IMG/VR virus record: IMGVR_UViG_3300050016_000156
Span: 522 to 64,521 of that record
DNA from: a virus
Lineage: Duplodnaviria > Caudoviricetes
Direction: 5' to 3' (one strand)
DNA: 64,000 bases
This document shows positions 17,877 through 28,100 of the stretch, one piece after another (the first letter of the stretch is position 1; each line of letters begins with the position of its first letter). Both the position numbers and the translations under genes were made by a program. Below the pieces are notes generated by a model. The model ran no database searches, had not been told where the DNA came from, and saw only the letters and a list, made by a program, of their open reading frames with translations.

Positions 17877-20147
17877 TCAACCTTTTTTATAGACTGAACT
17901 AGTATACCCTTCCGCGCCCAACATTAGCCCGGGAGCCCAAGATGGAACCTGAACCATGCACCAGAGCAAATCACGGAGCGTCAGACCGTCCCAAGTATCC
18001 TCGGCTTCGACGGCGATTTCATCGTGAAAGAGGCCCCAGATGTCGAAGCCCATCTCGGCCGCCAGGAGCATGGAGTTGAGTAGGTCATCGCGGGACATCG
18101 CCTGGATGACGTTCTCGCAAAGCTTTCCGCCGTACGTCTTGACACGGCCCCATGTGTGTTTCTTCTTGGCGGTCTTACCGTCCGCGCCTTGCGTGGCGCT
18201 GTGCTCGATGCCCCCGTAGTGAATCGTTTCGACGGTGTATGGGCGGCCGTCGCGCGGACTAGTGCGCGTCTCTTCGTCGATTGAGACATCCAAATAATGC
18301 AGCGCGCGCCCCGAGGGCAGTTCGATGCGAATTGCATATCCCTCGTCCATCTTGACGCGACGAAACGTAAGAACGCAGCCCTGACCTTTGGTCGGATGCT
18401 CGACCCATTCTTTTGTGCGCTTGTCCCAGGTGACTTCGCCGACCTTTATGACGCCCCCACGCTTGAATACCTGTTTGAAGGCCTCTTCTAAATCGTTCCA
18501 AAAGATAACCACTTCAGGCCACGCGTCTCGCAAAATCTTGATGGCTTTATGTGCGAGGTCTTTCGGCATGTCGACGCCGCAGACGTTCAGAGCGTATCCC
18601 CACAGCCCGCCGCGTTTTTGGTCGCCGTGTTCATCAATGTAGAGTTCGCCGCCGCCGAGACAATAGCCTCCACCCAGCACAGGAGGCTTGGAATTCTGGC
18701 GCTTCTCCTCGAAATCGGCGTTCTTTGGTTTGTGATTTCCGTGCTCGTCGATGCGAATCCACTCTTCGTATGGAATGCCATATAGATACGCCCCAAAAGC
18801 CATATAGGGGTCGCGGCCTTTGCGAAAAACATCCAGAATCGCTTCGCAGCCCGCGGCCCAGCCGAGCATTCTGTTTTCGATGGCGTTCTTATCGGCGACG
18901 TGGAAGACCTTGCCCAGCTTCGCCTGAAAGAGCGAGCGCAACAATGTGATAACAAACGCCACGACAGAAACGGAATCCTTCGGACTCGGTGTGTTGGTAA
19001 ACTCCCGAACAATTCCGTCGTAGTCTTCAGCCTCAAGTAACTCCAGAGCGCGCGCGAGGTTCTTCTTGACGAGTTTCGCGCCGCGCGACATATTCTGAAC
19101 TTGCATCGAATCTTCATCACCGCCGCCGCTTGCCCACCGTCCCGTACGCGGCGCGCCCATGAAACGAAGTTGGTAGCGAAGGCGGTCATCTTCGCCTAAC
19201 AGATGCAGAAGATTTTCAATCTTAGTGTAGGACGACTTGCGCGCCAGCATCCGCGCCTTGAGCGCGGTCTTACATTCAGGCGTCATCGCTGAACTGGGGT
19301 TGTTGAGTTCGGCTTCAACAGTGCTCGCCAACAGGGAATTGAGCGTGTACCCCCGCGCTTTTACCCAGCCCTTCATTTGAACATCAGAATTCGGATTCTC
19401 CAGCCCCGTCAGTTGTTTGCAGGTGTCTTTTTGCTCTTTGATATAACGACGGGCCAGTCGGAGCCCTTTTTCGGCGAGGTCTCGCCGCACGGGGATGCCG
19501 AATTCGTTCAACTTCTGGTCGAGCAGCCAACCTCGCCATTCGTCTTCGGGAAAACCAAGTTTGCTGAGTTTGTACCACAGGTCTCGCTCAGCGCGCACGT
19601 CCTGCTTGCAATACTCGACGTACTCGGCGAATTCTCGCGGGTGGCTGTTGTGGTCGCGGAATAGCGGCGTAGTCACACCAAACAGCGTCTGCTCGCCGCC
19701 CATGCTGACAGGCTGAGAAAACATTTTGACGAGTTCTTTGCCGCGCTCATCTTTCTTATTCTGCATCTTGAGGATGATGGCGACCTTCTCCAACTTCCCA
19801 GGCAGCGAAGCGTTGTGAGAAAGCACCATTGGGTCACGAAACTGGTCCATTGGAATTCGGAATTCAGGTGTGATATAGCGCGGCCCTGCAACGCGGTTTG
19901 TGATGTTGTACTCGAACTGGGCGTTCCAAGCGATTTTGATTATGCTGGGGGTCGCCAGCGCGTCACGTAATTTCGCGGGCATCGGTCCCTTGTGCGGGAG
20001 CCACACCTCTACCTCCTCGTCGTCAAGCGCCCAGCCTAGCATAGAGATTCCCGTGCTCGGGTGCTTAGCGTAGTTGTCGAGACCCACTTCCTTCAGGTTA
20101 AGAAGGGAGAAGGTTTCGTAGTCGAGGAATAGTATTTTGTAGTTCAC
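17877..20147 (-). CDS. Family A DNA polymerase with 3'-5' exonuclease
   Basis: ExoI LDYETFS, ExoII AWNAQFE, ExoIII YCKQDV; TGRWAS; motif A ADKNAIENR; motif B RQNSKPPVLGGGY; motif C HDE. Confidence 0.95.
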   Translation of the reverse strand: MNYKILFLDYETFSLLNLKEVGLDNYAKHPSTGISMLGWALDDEEVEVWLPHKGPMPAKLRDALATPSIIKIAWNAQFEYNITNRVAGPRYITPEFRIPMDQFRDPMVLSHNASLPGKLEKVAIILKMQNKKDERGKELVKMFSQPVSMGGEQTLFGVTTPLFRDHNSHPREFAEYVEYCKQDVRAERDLWYKLSKLGFPEDEWRGWLLDQKLNEFGIPVRRDLAEKGLRLARRYIKEQKDTCKQLTGLENPNSDVQMKGWVKARGYTLNSLLASTVEAELNNPSSAMTPECKTALKARMLARKSSYTKIENLLHLLGEDDRLRYQLRFMGAPRTGRWASGGGDEDSMQVQNMSRGAKLVKKNLARALELLEAEDYDGIVREFTNTPSPKDSVSVVAFVITLLRSLFQAKLGKVFHVADKNAIENRMLGWAAGCEAILDVFRKGRDPYMAFGAYLYGIPYEEWIRIDEHGNHKPKNADFEEKRQNSKPPVLGGGYCLGGGELYIDEHGDQKRGGLWGYALNVCGVDMPKDLAHKAIKILRDAWPEVVIFWNDLEEAFKQVFKRGGVIKVGEVTWDKRTKEWVEHPTKGQGCVLTFRRVKMDEGYAIRIELPSGRALHYLDVSIDEETRTSPRDGRPYTVETIHYGGIEHSATQGADGKTAKKKHTWGRVKTYGGKLCENVIQAMSRDDLLNSMLLAAEMGFDIWGLFHDEIAVEAEDTWDGLTLRDLLWCMVQVPSWAPGLMLGAEGYTSSVYKKG

Positions 20148-20587
20148 GGGTGACTTTGTGGGACGCGCGGCCCCGTTAAGTCAAGCACTAAATCTCGAAC
20201 GAGTTCCCACGATTCGAAGTGGCTGACTTCGGGACAGTGATGGAAGATGTTCTCATCTTCTAGGCCGACAACAAAAACAGGCGCATGCCTATGGCGAGCG
20301 TGATTCAGCCCAATCCAAATCCCCAGTTCCGCGGTGCGGCCTTGGCGGATGATAGATTTGGTGGGGTCCGTCCACAGAATGAGAATGTCCGCGGCGGCGA
20401 CATCCTTCACATCTTGGACGGCGTAGCCCTGATTAATGTCGTGCGGGAGGTCTTGCATTTGCGTGTCTGGTTTGTGTGGCTCTTCCAACCACGAGGATGT
20501 GACGATAACGCCGCCTGCTCGAAGTTCCGCGGCATATTTGTTGATTTCATCTTTGCGACTATACGGGGCTGCCAAATAGATTTTCAT
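20144..20587 (-). CDS. Nucleoside 2-deoxyribosyltransferase-like protein
   Basis: MKIYLAAPYS...TSSWL...DVKDVAAADILI...GRTAELG...ENIFH. Confidence 0.75.
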   Translation of the reverse strand: MKIYLAAPYSRKDEINKYAAELRAGGVIVTSSWLEEPHKPDTQMQDLPHDINQGYAVQDVKDVAAADILILWTDPTKSIIRQGRTAELGIWIGLNHARHRHAPVFVVGLEDENIFHHCPEVSHFESWELVRDLVLDLTGPRVPQSHP

Positions 20588-20599
20588 GGTGCTCCTCCA

Positions 20600-21070
20600 T
20601 TAGAATCGTTTGCCGTGTTCCGACGCTCGGGCCTCTGCGGAGTGGTCTGCCCGATTGCGATTGAATTCGTTCTTGGCGAAGATGGCGTCGGCCAGCCGCA
20701 ACTTCCTGTCGGTGGCGTAATTCATGAGTCTGATGACGGCGTCGGCTACTTCGGATTCCTCAGACGTAAATTCAGGAATGTGGGAGTCGGGTCCCAAGTT
20801 CTTTCTGACCGCTTCGAGAGTCTCGCCCAGTTCACCCATGATGAGAGCCAGTTTCAGGCCGACTCGGGCGTTGTGAAATGAAGCCACCAAAGGTTTAAAC
20901 TTTTCTGCGGCTTGGTCGGAGAGAAGCGGTTGAACCCAGCGCCAAAACTCATCAAAAAGCAAATCATCTGTGCTGAACCCGTTCTTCTTGTTGATGGCTG
21001 CAGCATCTGCCTGCAGTTCAGTGAAAGCCTGAATGAATGTCATTGCCTTCATTTCATTTTCGGCGTTCAT
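20600..21070 (-). CDS. MazG-like nucleotide pyrophosphohydrolase
   Basis: KLALIMGELGETLEAVRK...ESEVADAVIRLM...KNEFNRNR...HGKRF. Confidence 0.85.
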   Translation of the reverse strand: MNAENEMKAMTFIQAFTELQADAAAINKKNGFSTDDLLFDEFWRWVQPLLSDQAAEKFKPLVASFHNARVGLKLALIMGELGETLEAVRKNLGPDSHIPEFTSEESEVADAVIRLMNYATDRKLRLADAIFAKNEFNRNRADHSAEARASEHGKRF

Positions 21071-21435
21071 TTTGCCTCCGGTAATTTCGCTCCACGAGCT
21101 AAGGGCGCACCCTCGGCTTCGCATTCGAGTTGCAGCATCGCCAGTACACGCCATGCCAGCTTGGCTGAATGCTTGACGCCGTCCACATCCGTCTTGCCTC
21201 GCTCCATGAAGTGACGGATTATTGTGTCTTCCTGGTCGGTGGACTTGCCGCGAGACCAGTGCAGAGGCTCGCCTGGGTTGTGCTGGTCGTTGCCGACCTT
21301 CGAAACCTTGGCGATTTCAATCAGGGCGTTTGGGAAATAGTCCAACACGCCTGTGGCGATAGGAATGGCCTTGCGTTCCTTCGCATTGGAAGGAAGAACC
21401 GCTTTGACGATTGCGTCTATGGATTGCGCGCTCAT
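21067..21435 (-). CDS. dATP/dGTP diphosphohydrolase-like (DUF5664) protein
   Basis: [46 protein letters not shown]...[12 protein letters not shown]. Confidence 0.8.
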   Translation of the reverse strand: MSAQSIDAIVKAVLPSNAKERKAIPIATGVLDYFPNALIEIAKVSKVGNDQHNPGEPLHWSRGKSTDQEDTIIRHFMERGKTDVDGVKHSAKLAWRVLAMLQLECEAEGAPLARGAKLPEAK

Positions 21436-22433
21436 AGGGACCCTTTCGGAAAGAATATTGCCCTCAACTTGGTTTCAATCTTACCAGCAATTTCGGGGTT
21501 TTGCAACAGAAAAATACGTGATTGCTCGAATCCTTGGCCGATTTTTTCGCCCTCAAATGCCAGCCACGCGCCTGATTTTTCGAGAACGCCTTTGTCAGCG
21601 CCCAGGAGAATCAGGTCGGCCTCGTGTGAGATTCCATGCCCATAAATAATACGGACTTCGGCCTCGGTGTACGGCGAGGCAACTTTGTTCTTGACGACCT
21701 TGATGCGAGTCTTCGCTCCAACTACCTTGTCGCCCTCTTTGATGAGTTCGGTTTTACGAATGTCGAGCCTGACGGAAGCGTAGAATTTCAGCGCACGGCC
21801 GCCTGTCGTCGTTTCGGGACTGCCGAACATCACGCCAATCTTTTCACGAATCTGGTTGATGAAAATCAGGATGGTTTTCGTCTGATTCGTCATGCCTGTC
21901 AGCTTGCGCAGGGCCTGAGACATCAAACGGGCTTGTAGTCCCATCTGTGGGTCGCCCATGTCGCCCTCAAGTTCGGCCTTCGGGACGAGCGCGGCGACGG
22001 AATCCACAATGATGATGGCGACTTTGCCCGATTCAATCAGCGACTTGGCGATTTCGAGGGCCTGTTCGCCGTTATCGGGCTGCGCGACTAGGAGATGGTC
22101 CACGTCGACACCTAGTTTGCGCGCGTAGACGGGGTCCAGGGCGTGCTCAGCGTCGATATAGGCAGCCTGCCCGCCGAGTTTCTGCGCTTCGGCGATAATC
22201 TGCAGGCAGAGAGTCGTCTTTCCGCCCGATTCGGGGCCGTAAACTTCGACTACGCGCCCGCGCGGGATACCACCGACGCCCAGAGCCACGTCAAGAGCGA
22301 GTGATGATGTTGGAACCACGTCCATCGCTTCAAACTTTTTGCTGCCGAGCATCACAATTGAGCCTTTGCCGTGCGTGCTCTCGATGCCTGCCAGCACATC
22401 GCTCAGTTTGTTGGAGATTTCATCTTTGCTCAC
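21432..22433 (-). CDS. recA: Recombinase A
   Basis: GPESGGKTT; IDAEHALDP; [11 protein letters not shown]; [15 protein letters not shown]; [13 protein letters not shown]; [14 protein letters not shown]. Confidence 0.97.
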   Translation of the reverse strand: MSKDEISNKLSDVLAGIESTHGKGSIVMLGSKKFEAMDVVPTSSLALDVALGVGGIPRGRVVEVYGPESGGKTTLCLQIIAEAQKLGGQAAYIDAEHALDPVYARKLGVDVDHLLVAQPDNGEQALEIAKSLIESGKVAIIIVDSVAALVPKAELEGDMGDPQMGLQARLMSQALRKLTGMTNQTKTILIFINQIREKIGVMFGSPETTTGGRALKFYASVRLDIRKTELIKEGDKVVGAKTRIKVVKNKVASPYTEAEVRIIYGHGISHEADLILLGADKGVLEKSGAWLAFEGEKIGQGFEQSRIFLLQNPEIAGKIETKLRAIFFPKGSL

Positions 22434-22451
22434 AAAGTACCTCCGGCAAGA

Positions 22452-23507
22452 CTACACAAAAATTGGGGCGACCATGGTCTTCATTCCGTACTTCTTATTA
22501 ATCAAAAAGAACGTCTGCGATGGCGGTTCCCAACTTGCCTTTATCGACACACCATACGCGGTCATGCCGATCATACTGCCGTTGCAAATGAAGTTTCCGC
22601 CATCAACCCGCGTGTGAAAGTGCCCAAACACGTCGAGAGAAATATCGGACACCGACTTATTCCACTGGGCAATGGCCTTGTTCACGCTGATCGAAATTCC
22701 GCCGACCCCGCCTTGGTAATTCATTTGATGTCCGTGATGGAAGCGGATATTATACGCCCCTTCGAAACAGCGGACATAGGAGTGATATCCCGGCTGCACA
22801 ATAAAAGTGATGCGCTTCTCGCCAGCAAAATAATCTTGCAGCATCTTGTACATGAAGTATTCTAGCGAGTTCCCGGCCTCCGTGGCGATACGTTGCTTCT
22901 TTGTCATGCGCCCATGGTTTCCGCTATGACAGGGGATAATGAACGCCACGTCGCGAGGAGTATGCTTTAGCATGAACTTGATGCCCGTAACGATCAAGGA
23001 GTACGCCTTGTGAATGGCCTCGGCGGGGGACAATTGGTTTCCTTCGGCCAAGTCTTCATGGATACTGCCTGTGATGAAATCCCCGAGCAACGCCAAGATG
23101 ATGGTTTTGATGGACGTATCCCGACTTGCGATCTTCCACCACGCTAGACCGCCATGAAGTAGGTTCAAAAACCGGGTTTCGGCGACTTCAAGATTGTACT
23201 CATTCCGGTTACTGACTTGTTCAAGAAGCACGGTCTCCTCGATATGCCAGTCGGACCACACAAAGCAGGCGATGGACTCGCTCGTGCCTGAAGGCGTTTT
23301 TGACGGGATGTCGATTACTTGTGGGGGAAGATCGCGCAGCGACGAGAACACCTCGTTTTCGGCTTCCAGCGTCACCACTCGCTCTTGCAGCGCCTTGACG
23401 ACCGCTTCTTTCCCTTCGCGCTTATCACGCAGTTTCTGCAGTTCGATATCGACTTTCGCCTTCTCAGAAATGGGTTTGGATTTCTTCACGACATCATTGA
23501 TTTTCAT
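22452..23507 (-). CDS. Calcineurin-like metallophosphoesterase
   Basis: SDWH...LGD...SGNHGR...FHHGH...FGHFH...NGS. Confidence 0.85.
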   Translation of the reverse strand: MKINDVVKKSKPISEKAKVDIELQKLRDKREGKEAVVKALQERVVTLEAENEVFSSLRDLPPQVIDIPSKTPSGTSESIACFVWSDWHIEETVLLEQVSNRNEYNLEVAETRFLNLLHGGLAWWKIASRDTSIKTIILALLGDFITGSIHEDLAEGNQLSPAEAIHKAYSLIVTGIKFMLKHTPRDVAFIIPCHSGNHGRMTKKQRIATEAGNSLEYFMYKMLQDYFAGEKRITFIVQPGYHSYVRCFEGAYNIRFHHGHQMNYQGGVGGISISVNKAIAQWNKSVSDISLDVFGHFHTRVDGGNFICNGSMIGMTAYGVSIKASWEPPSQTFFLINKKYGMKTMVAPIFV

Positions 23508-23796
23508 TGGTATCCTCGGGTTCAGACAATTGCTTGCGCAGCTTTGCGATGCTCGCTCGATTGCCCCAAAACAATTTGTTGTCAACTTTCTCCCGATACT
23601 CGCCGAGGACAGGTTGGTTGGTGAAATTCCCACTCATCGAGAGGCCCAAGCGGGCGCTTACTTCCATGGTGGTCAGGAGTTCGTTGGCAGGCAGAGAGTT
23701 CAGGATGTCCATAATTTTCCTGACCCGCGGTGAAATCGGAATTCGATTCGCATCCAGTTTTTCGCCGTTCACTTTGAATCCGACAGGGATAGGCAT
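23494..23796 (-). CDS. Hypothetical (possible winged-helix) protein
   Basis: 100-aa ORF coupled to both neighbours. Confidence 0.55.
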   Translation of the reverse strand: MPIPVGFKVNGEKLDANRIPISPRVRKIMDILNSLPANELLTTMEVSARLGLSMSGNFTNQPVLGEYREKVDNKLFWGNRASIAKLRKQLSEPEDTNENQ

Positions 23797-24542
23797 CAGA
23801 GCACGCTCCGAAGAATGACGCCCCCGACGATTCCGCCGATGGTCGCCCAGAATCCGCGTTTGCGGTCTTTCTTGGCTTGCGCGTCAACTTCGACTTTGCA
23901 CGCCGCATTGTCTGCTTTGATGGTTTGAATAAGTTCGGTCTTGTCTGCTGCGATGACGTTCTGAGCCGCAGCGGCCTCTACTTTAGCATCGGAAGTCAGA
24001 ATCTGCTGCGCGCCAAGCTGGCCTTGGAGATTATTCACATCGGACTGTGCTTGCTGCAATAGGTCCAAATCGGTGACGACGACCTGGGTGAGAGGTAAAT
24101 CCATAGCTACAAGGTTATTACTCACGGTCACTTGACTGGGTTGCGCTTTGGTCTGAAGAACGAGCCGCGCGGCTGCGGATTGCGCATCGAGGGTAGCGTC
24201 AGTCTTAATCTGCTTCGCGGTTTGGGCGCGTTGCTGAGACATCTGCTGGACAAGGGTCTGAATCAGGGCTGTCTGCTGGGCGTCGCGAGCAGTGTTAGCC
24301 GCCTGAAGTTGCGCTAGTTGCTGCGCGAACGCCGCCTGTGTGGCAGTGTCAACGCCTTCCTTCTGGAGTTGCGCCACGGCAACGCGGGCATCGTGGCGTT
24401 CAATCAAGGATTCAAATAAGCCTATGCCGCCGATGATGATGCCCGCCAGCAGCACCACGGAAAAAACGACAGCAAGAATATGGGCATGAAACCAAGTCAA
24501 ATCTTTTTCGATTGTTGTGATGGGTGAGTCGCTCATAGGCAT
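23796..24542 (-). CDS. Membrane-anchored coiled-coil protein (spanin-like)
   Basis: N-terminal TM helix, long Q/A coiled coil, C-terminal hydrophobic segment; TTGACA-17-TATTGT promoter immediately upstream. Confidence 0.55.
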   Translation of the reverse strand: MPMSDSPITTIEKDLTWFHAHILAVVFSVVLLAGIIIGGIGLFESLIERHDARVAVAQLQKEGVDTATQAAFAQQLAQLQAANTARDAQQTALIQTLVQQMSQQRAQTAKQIKTDATLDAQSAAARLVLQTKAQPSQVTVSNNLVAMDLPLTQVVVTDLDLLQQAQSDVNNLQGQLGAQQILTSDAKVEAAAAQNVIAADKTELIQTIKADNAACKVEVDAQAKKDRKRGFWATIGGIVGGVILRSVL

Positions 24543-24558
24543 TCACAATACCAAAGTC

Positions 24559-25077
24559 CTAGCGTGCTGTCAAGCGATTTCGCAAATATTCGATGACTGG
24601 GAGAAGATTTTCTGGATGCGCGGCGGCGTCAAAGAACCGTTCAACCATACCGAGCCCGTAATTACACTTGCCGCACAGGATACCGCGAATCGACCACGGC
24701 ATCATAATTTGCTTGATAGATGCTCGCGCGAGCGTTTTCGTTTTTGCATGTCGCCAGCCAACGATTTCGCCTTTTTCATCATAGGCTGTTGCGCACCATT
24801 TTAATCCCGCGTTTCGTAACCCTTCGGCGGTTTCGCGCACAGTTTGAATTTTGAAATGGAAATGATCTACGCAGGGGTATCCGTGGGCGTCGAGGGGGCC
24901 GCCGCAGATTTTGCAGAGATTGTTTTGTTGGGCGGCGCGGTGCTCGCGCTCGGCGAGGGTGATTCCGTACTTACGCTGAAGTCCAAGGTCTTTGGCGCGG
25001 TCTTTTTCCGCTGCTGTTCTTGCTTTTCTAATCGCCATTTTTTTCTTTCGTCGAACCGCTCTGCGTTCATGCGCCAT
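24559..25077 (-). CDS. Endonuclease VII-like homing endonuclease
   Basis: KYGITL...Q...CKICG...VDHFH...RGILCGKCNYGLG. Confidence 0.85.
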   Translation of the reverse strand: MAHERRAVRRKKKMAIRKARTAAEKDRAKDLGLQRKYGITLAEREHRAAQQNNLCKICGGPLDAHGYPCVDHFHFKIQTVRETAEGLRNAGLKWCATAYDEKGEIVGWRHAKTKTLARASIKQIMMPWSIRGILCGKCNYGLGMVERFFDAAAHPENLLPVIEYLRNRLTAR

Positions 25078-25176
25078 ACTTCCCTCTCATAGAACCGAAC
25101 AAACTCCCCTTGCACCACAATCCAAATCAGCAGGATAATTTCCAGCAACATGAGGATTCGGTCGAACATAGGCACC

Positions 25177-28100
25177 TTATTTTTTCTTGAGACCTTTGCC
25201 GAGCCCCTTCTGCATCGCTTCCTGTTTCGCCTTCATCATTTCCGCAACCTTCGCGGTGTTCTCGGCGTGGACATCCTTGACGTTCGCACCGAAGTTGAAG
25301 TCGGTGGAACCTAGCTCTTCTTCTGGTACTTCTCGGGGAGTTCCGACTCCAGTTCCCCGTCCAGTTCCGCTGGCGGGTTCCCCAGAAACTCCAGCCGCAA
25401 ATAGTTTTCCCTGGTCAGCGGGAGCCCCAGTTCCTGCAGCATTTTCTCGGTTCCATTCAGTTGCGTAGTCCCAGATTCTGTTTCGGGCTTGGTCGGCTGT
25501 GATTTTGCCATCTGAGTGTTCCTTCCAAATTGCGTCTATCGCTTGCTGGTTCTCGGGCGTCTTAAAATCATCGGTAAATACGTCCCGAATCTTGGTCCAC
25601 GTAGGCGATTGTAGCCTACTTGGGATGGGAATGTCAAGTTCTTTCGCGGCTAGTCGGTAAGCCGCGTCGTGGAGAGCGTACGTTCCCTTGAGTCCATACT
25701 CACCGTTCTTAATGTTGCCGAAGTTGTCCCGAACGGCGGGGATCTTTCCTGACATCGGGCGCAACTGTGCCACGTTGATGGCGTGCGTGTCCATCGTTAG
25801 GTAGCGCGGGTCATCTGGCGACAACATGTTGTTGTAGAAATTCCGAACCTTGTGCCCGTACCCGAGGTTCTTGCTGATGTTTTCGGGCGACCCATCTTTC
25901 AAAATTTCAATCGCTTTCTGAATGTGAGACTGGAAACTCCAACCGACGTTGCGCGGCGACCCATCTTGATTGAGCGCAAGACCGTTCGATGTGCCGTCAG
26001 GATTCCATGTCTGGTACTCGCGAGGATTGTGACCCTCGTCGTACAGGCGCAACCAAATTGCCTGCTGTTCGGTTGTCGGCAGTTCGGCTAGCGTCTTTCC
26101 TTGGACCTTTTTGATGAGCGGTTTGAATGAACTGTTGGCAGGCAGAGACGTAATATTATCCGCCGCGTCCTGCATCTCGGGCGTGAACTTCGTGGCTTGC
26201 TGATTCTTCCAGATATTCGCGGTGCGCTCAGCGAGCGAGGTATTCTGGTCCCAATCCGTCATCGGCGATTCCACGGCGGTCACGCCTGCAATCTGGTGCG
26301 GAGTAAAGCCATGCTGTGCGGCAACCGCCTGCACGCGCTCGTGCGCGCCGACTGGATACCACTTCTCGTCGCGTTTAATGGCATCAGGCAACATCTTGCT
26401 CATTACAAATTTGATGTTGTCCGCCGCATGCCGAATGTATGCATTGGCGTGCGCCAGCGCGTCGCCCTCGGGCGGTGTGAATCCTGGCGTCGTATTCGTT
26501 CGGTTCACCATCTTTTGCAGATACCCTGGCGCGGCCTTCGCGGCGTCCATATCCGAAGTCATATCCCGCTGAGTGTGGTCTTCAACGACTTCGCCCTTGA
26601 CCTTCTTCGTGGGCACACGAGTGCTGACGGTTGGAATGTCTTTCGACGCTGCAGGCGCGGCCCCAGCCGCAGGCGCTTCAGGAGTGCCGCCCGTCGAGGG
26701 CTTGAATACTGCAGCCTGTTGAGCCGCCGCAGCCGTTGCTTTATCCGCGGCTTTCTGTTCTTTCGCGGACAATTTCGGAGCAGGCCCTTCGCCTGTGCCG
26801 CCTGTCTGAATTTCTCCCTCACCGCCGAGATGATATATGGCTTTCTGATTTGCGTCTTTGCCTGCAGCAACCGCTTCAGCGCGGTCGGCATAGGTCTTGC
26901 TGACATCCAACACCGCTTTTCCTGTGTCGGGGTCTTTCCATGTGCCGACAGCGTGGTCACCCTTCTCCAATACATCGGCGTTATCTGCTTTGAACTTCGC
27001 CAGAACTTCGGGCGTGAGCTTGTCGACTTGGACGGTGCGCTCAGGATATGCGCCAACCGAATATAAATCTTTTCCTGCCAGATTTTCTCCCGCAGGCGTG
27101 AAGGTCGAGCCGCCGCCTTCTTCATGAGCGGACAGTTGATCGTCTTCAGGCGTCTTAATCTTTTCTTTCGAGACTATGCCTTTTTTAGCTTCGGCAGGCG
27201 AAGTTCCAGTTGCTTGCGCACTTCCGCCTTCTCCTCGGGCGACATTGCCTTCACGTCCTGTAAGACCTTCTCCGCTAACTGCTCGGTTGTCAGGTTGTTC
27301 TTGTCCTGTGGCATTTGCTATTCTCCTCTGTGCTTCTTGATGCATTGATGTCAATCGGTCGGGGCTAGCGTGAAACTGGCGAGAGAGTCCTGCTTCACGG
27401 AAGCCTGCGTTCTCATTTATGATACCTGAAACAGCGGGATGTTGCAAGTACTCTTTCCCTGCATCAATTGCCTTATGCATGTACTCCATCGCGTCTTCGT
27501 GACTGACTCCCGCCGCCTGCAGAATCTGGTATGCGCGCGACCCATCCCCGCCAGTTCCGAGAAAGAAATTATGATTGGCGCTCCGAGGCAAATCATTGAA
27601 AACCTCATCTGCCGCGATACCGCCCATCAGGGTTTTCACAATTGGGGCCACTTTATCTGGGCGGACCTGCCCTGCGGGGTTAAAGAGTATGTTTTCTCGC
27701 CCAGGCCACCGTACCGCGGCGCGCGCGTCTTTCCCCAGATCGGGATGACTCGAACTGAGCATGCCCCCCGTAACGAGACCTTCGTTTTGTCCAACCATTG
27801 CGTGCCCGAGTTCATGACGAATAGTGTGAATTTCAGGGCGGCCCGCCGATGCTGGCATCTTCGCCAGTTTGCCTGTCGGCACAGAGTACTCTGTCGACGG
27901 CTCGCGCTCACCCATCTTTTCGATGCGCCACGAGTAAGCCCGCGTGCCTGGGAATTTTTTCTGGGCAACCGCAATTGCGTTCTTCGATGAGAAAGCCTCG
28001 ATGGGCTCCATGTGAGTGGTGCCATCAGCATCCGTAATTTCAACGGTGTACTTTTCTTTCAGAGGCGACTGCAGTTCCTTGGAGAGAAGGTCTTGTTGGT

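Noticed and set aside
17877-21435. 2-aminoadenine (Z) genome
   Set aside because: No purZ/adenylosuccinate synthetase-like gene or HD-domain dATPase seen in the window
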